A stretch of DNA of 63,810 nt, the filler included, from Octopus bimaculoides (Eukaryota): assembly GCF_001194135.2 (NCBI RefSeq). It is 8 parts of 7 records of this genome, joined end to end, with 100 filler letters (N's around TTAATTAATTAA, not from the genome) between each part and the next. Parts side by side here need not be neighbours in the genome. Positions count along the whole stretch, not along the records: positions 53,697 to 61,860 come from NC_068983.1; positions 61,961 to 63,810 come from NW_026426399.1; 6 more parts are not named here. The stretch is one strand, 5' to 3'. The notes beneath the pieces are model-generated. The model saw nothing but the letters and a program-made list of their open reading frames with translations. It had not been told where the DNA came from and ran no database searches. Both the position numbers and the translations under genes were made by a program. Of the stretch, positions 61,816 to 63,810 are shown piece by piece; the first letter of the stretch is position 1, and each line of letters starts with the position of its first letter.

Positions 61816-62899
61816 TGTATGTATGTATGTATATATATATATGTATGTATATATATATATNNNNNNNNNNNNNNNNNNNNNNNNNNNNNNNNNNNNNNNN
61901 NNNNTTAATTAATTAANNNNNNNNNNNNNNNNNNNNNNNNNNNNNNNNNNNNNNNNNNNNTATATATATATAAGTGTGTGTGTGTAAGTGTGTATGTGTA
62001 AGTGTGTATGTGTGTATACACATGCACAGACACACACAAGCACACGTTTATATATCTCCTTGAAATGAGGATGCGCCTAATTATTTTTATATGTATATGC
62101 ATATTCATATATATATATATATATATATGCATATAATTATATTCATATATATTTATATATATATGTATGTATATATATATATATATATATANNNNNNNNN
62201 NNNNNNNNNNNNNNNNNNNNNNNNNNNNNNNNNNNNNNNNNNNNNNNNNNNNNNNNNNNNNNNNNNNNNNNNNNNNNNNNNNNNNNNNNNNNNNNNNNNN
62301 NNNNNNNNNNNNNNNNNNNNNNNNNNNNNNNNNNNNNNNNNNNNNNNNNNNNNNNNNNNNNNNNNNNNNNNNNNNNNNNNNNNNNNNNNNNNNNNNNNNN
62401 NNNNNNNNNNNNNNNNNNNNNNNNNNNNNNNNNNNNNNNNNNNNNNNNNNNNNNNNNNNNNNNNNNNNNNNNNNNNNNNNNNNNNNNNNNNNNNNNNNNN
62501 NNNNNNNNNNNNNNNNNNNNNNNNNNNNNNNNNNNNNNNNNNNNNNNNNNNNNNNNNNNNNNNNNNNNNNNNNNNNNNNNNNNNNNNNNNNNNNNNNNNN
62601 NNNNNNNNNNNNNNNNNNNNNNNNNNNNNNNNNNNNNNNNNNNNNNNNNNNNNNNNNNNNNNNNNNNNNNNNNNNNNNNNNNNNNNNNNNNNNNNNNNNN
62701 NNNNNNNNNNNNNNNNNNNNNNNNNNNNNNNNNNNNNNNNNNNNNNNNNNNNNNNNNNNNNNNNNNNNNNNNNNNNNNNNNNNNNNNNNNNNNNNNNNNN
62801 NNNNNNNNNNNNNNNNNNNNNNNNNNNNNNNNNNNNNNNNNNNNNNNNNNNNNNNNNNNNNNNNNNNNNNNNNNNNNNNNNNNNNNNNNNNNNNNNNNN

Positions 62900-62938
<39 letters not shown>

Positions 62939-63034
62939 TAGATATATACATACATATATATATCATATGTATATATATATATTTTTATATATATATATAT
63001 ATATATACACATATGTATACATATATACATATGC

Positions 63035-63076
<42 letters not shown>

Positions 63077-63077
<1 letters not shown>

Positions 63078-63150
63078 GAGTGGGAATCGAAACCGCGATC
63101 CTATGACCACGAGTCCGCTGCCCTAATCACTGGGCCATTGCGCCTCCACA
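63077..63150 (-). mobile_element. Isolated tRNA-derived SINE head
   Basis: GGAGGCGCAATGGCCCAGTGATTAGGGC..GCGGTTTCGATTCCCA has A- and B-box-like motifs but no full acceptor stem; flanked by (TA)n. Confidence 0.6.
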
Positions 63151-63174
63151 TATATATATATATATATATATGAA

Positions 63175-63310
63175 ACTTACGCCGCAGGCTTCTACCCCCA
63201 CAGCCTGTCTTTCACAAGTCAGTGGTCGACCCTGATCTATAGTGAAATACACTTCCACAATGTTCCGAGTAGTGGACCTGGACCGCAACTAAGCTCCTTT
63301 TCTGACCATA
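63175..63310 (-). mobile_element. SINE family A, degraded
   Basis: GGCTTCT..GGTCGACC..CTATAGTGAA..ACTT..CCGAGTAGTGGA similarity. Confidence 0.5.
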
Positions 63311-63602
63311 CACTCATACATTCGACTAAGTGCATCTATATTCATATATACATAAGTTTATGCTTACATAGACAAATATACATAAAACAGCCAGCGACCG
63401 TCTGTAAGAATTCTATTTGGCAATATGTATTTTATCACAAGGAATGGTTTGGGATCTCTTTCTGTTTTTGGTACTGCGTTTAGATTTTCAGAGTCTTAAA
63501 TTTTAAACTTTAAGACAATTGCTAGCTGGTACCAATTAGTAGCTATAAAAACGAGACGAATGATACAGACACACATACACACACTTACGTATATGCATAA
63601 TA

Positions 63603-63770
63603 AGCGCAGGAGTGGCTGTGTGGTAAGTAGCTTTCTTATGAACCACATGGTTCCGGGTACAGTCCCATTACGTGGCACCTTGGGCAAGTGTCCTCTACTA
63701 TAGCCTCGGGCGGACCAGAACTTTGTGAGTGGATTTGGCGGACAAAAATTGAAAGAGGCCTTCAATATAC
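63603..63770 (+). mobile_element. SINE family A, near consensus
   Basis: GCGCAGGAGTGGCTGTGTGGTAAG..CCGGGTACAGTCCC..GGCACCTTGGGCAAGTGTC..GAAAGAGGCC. Confidence 0.85.
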
Positions 63771-63810
63771 TTGTGTGTTTGATATACATAAATACACACA
63801 CACACACACA

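Overview
Eukaryotic, AT-rich, repeat-dominated draft-assembly DNA. I find no supportable host protein-coding exon, rRNA gene, true tRNA gene or CRISPR array. The SINE families and microsatellite load suggest an octopod cephalopod (inference from recalled repeat families, not a database hit). Seven 100-bp spacers (44 N + TTAATTAATTAA + 44 N) split the window into eight segments whose adjacency is artificial. Bases 1-25.4 kb are a graveyard of decayed mobile elements: a head-to-head Penelope-like element (PLE) pair, a CR1-type LINE, about six Tx1-type LINE pieces (one near full length with a ~24-bp TSD), two tandem R4/Dong-type RLE LINEs, and an IS630/Tc1-type transposase lying between ~270-bp inverted repeats with a Tx1 LINE and a pogo/Tigger MITE nested inside. 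The remainder is microsatellites, several tRNA-derived SINE families, MITEs and about ten minimal hammerhead-ribozyme-like relics. Best leads: (1) a ~400-bp non-coding family carrying a minimal hammerhead with a non-canonical A6->U core, a change also seen at the PLE 3' end; (2) a reconstructable ~2.2-kb IS630/Tc1-like element with foldback-like multi-motif TIRs; (3) a SINE whose 3' tail matches a Tx1 LINE 3' end in the same window; (4) a PLE whose GIY-YIG nuclease is split by a long, length-variable low-complexity spacer and partly duplicated from another subfamily. All alignments, translations and foldings were done by eye and boundaries are approximate.
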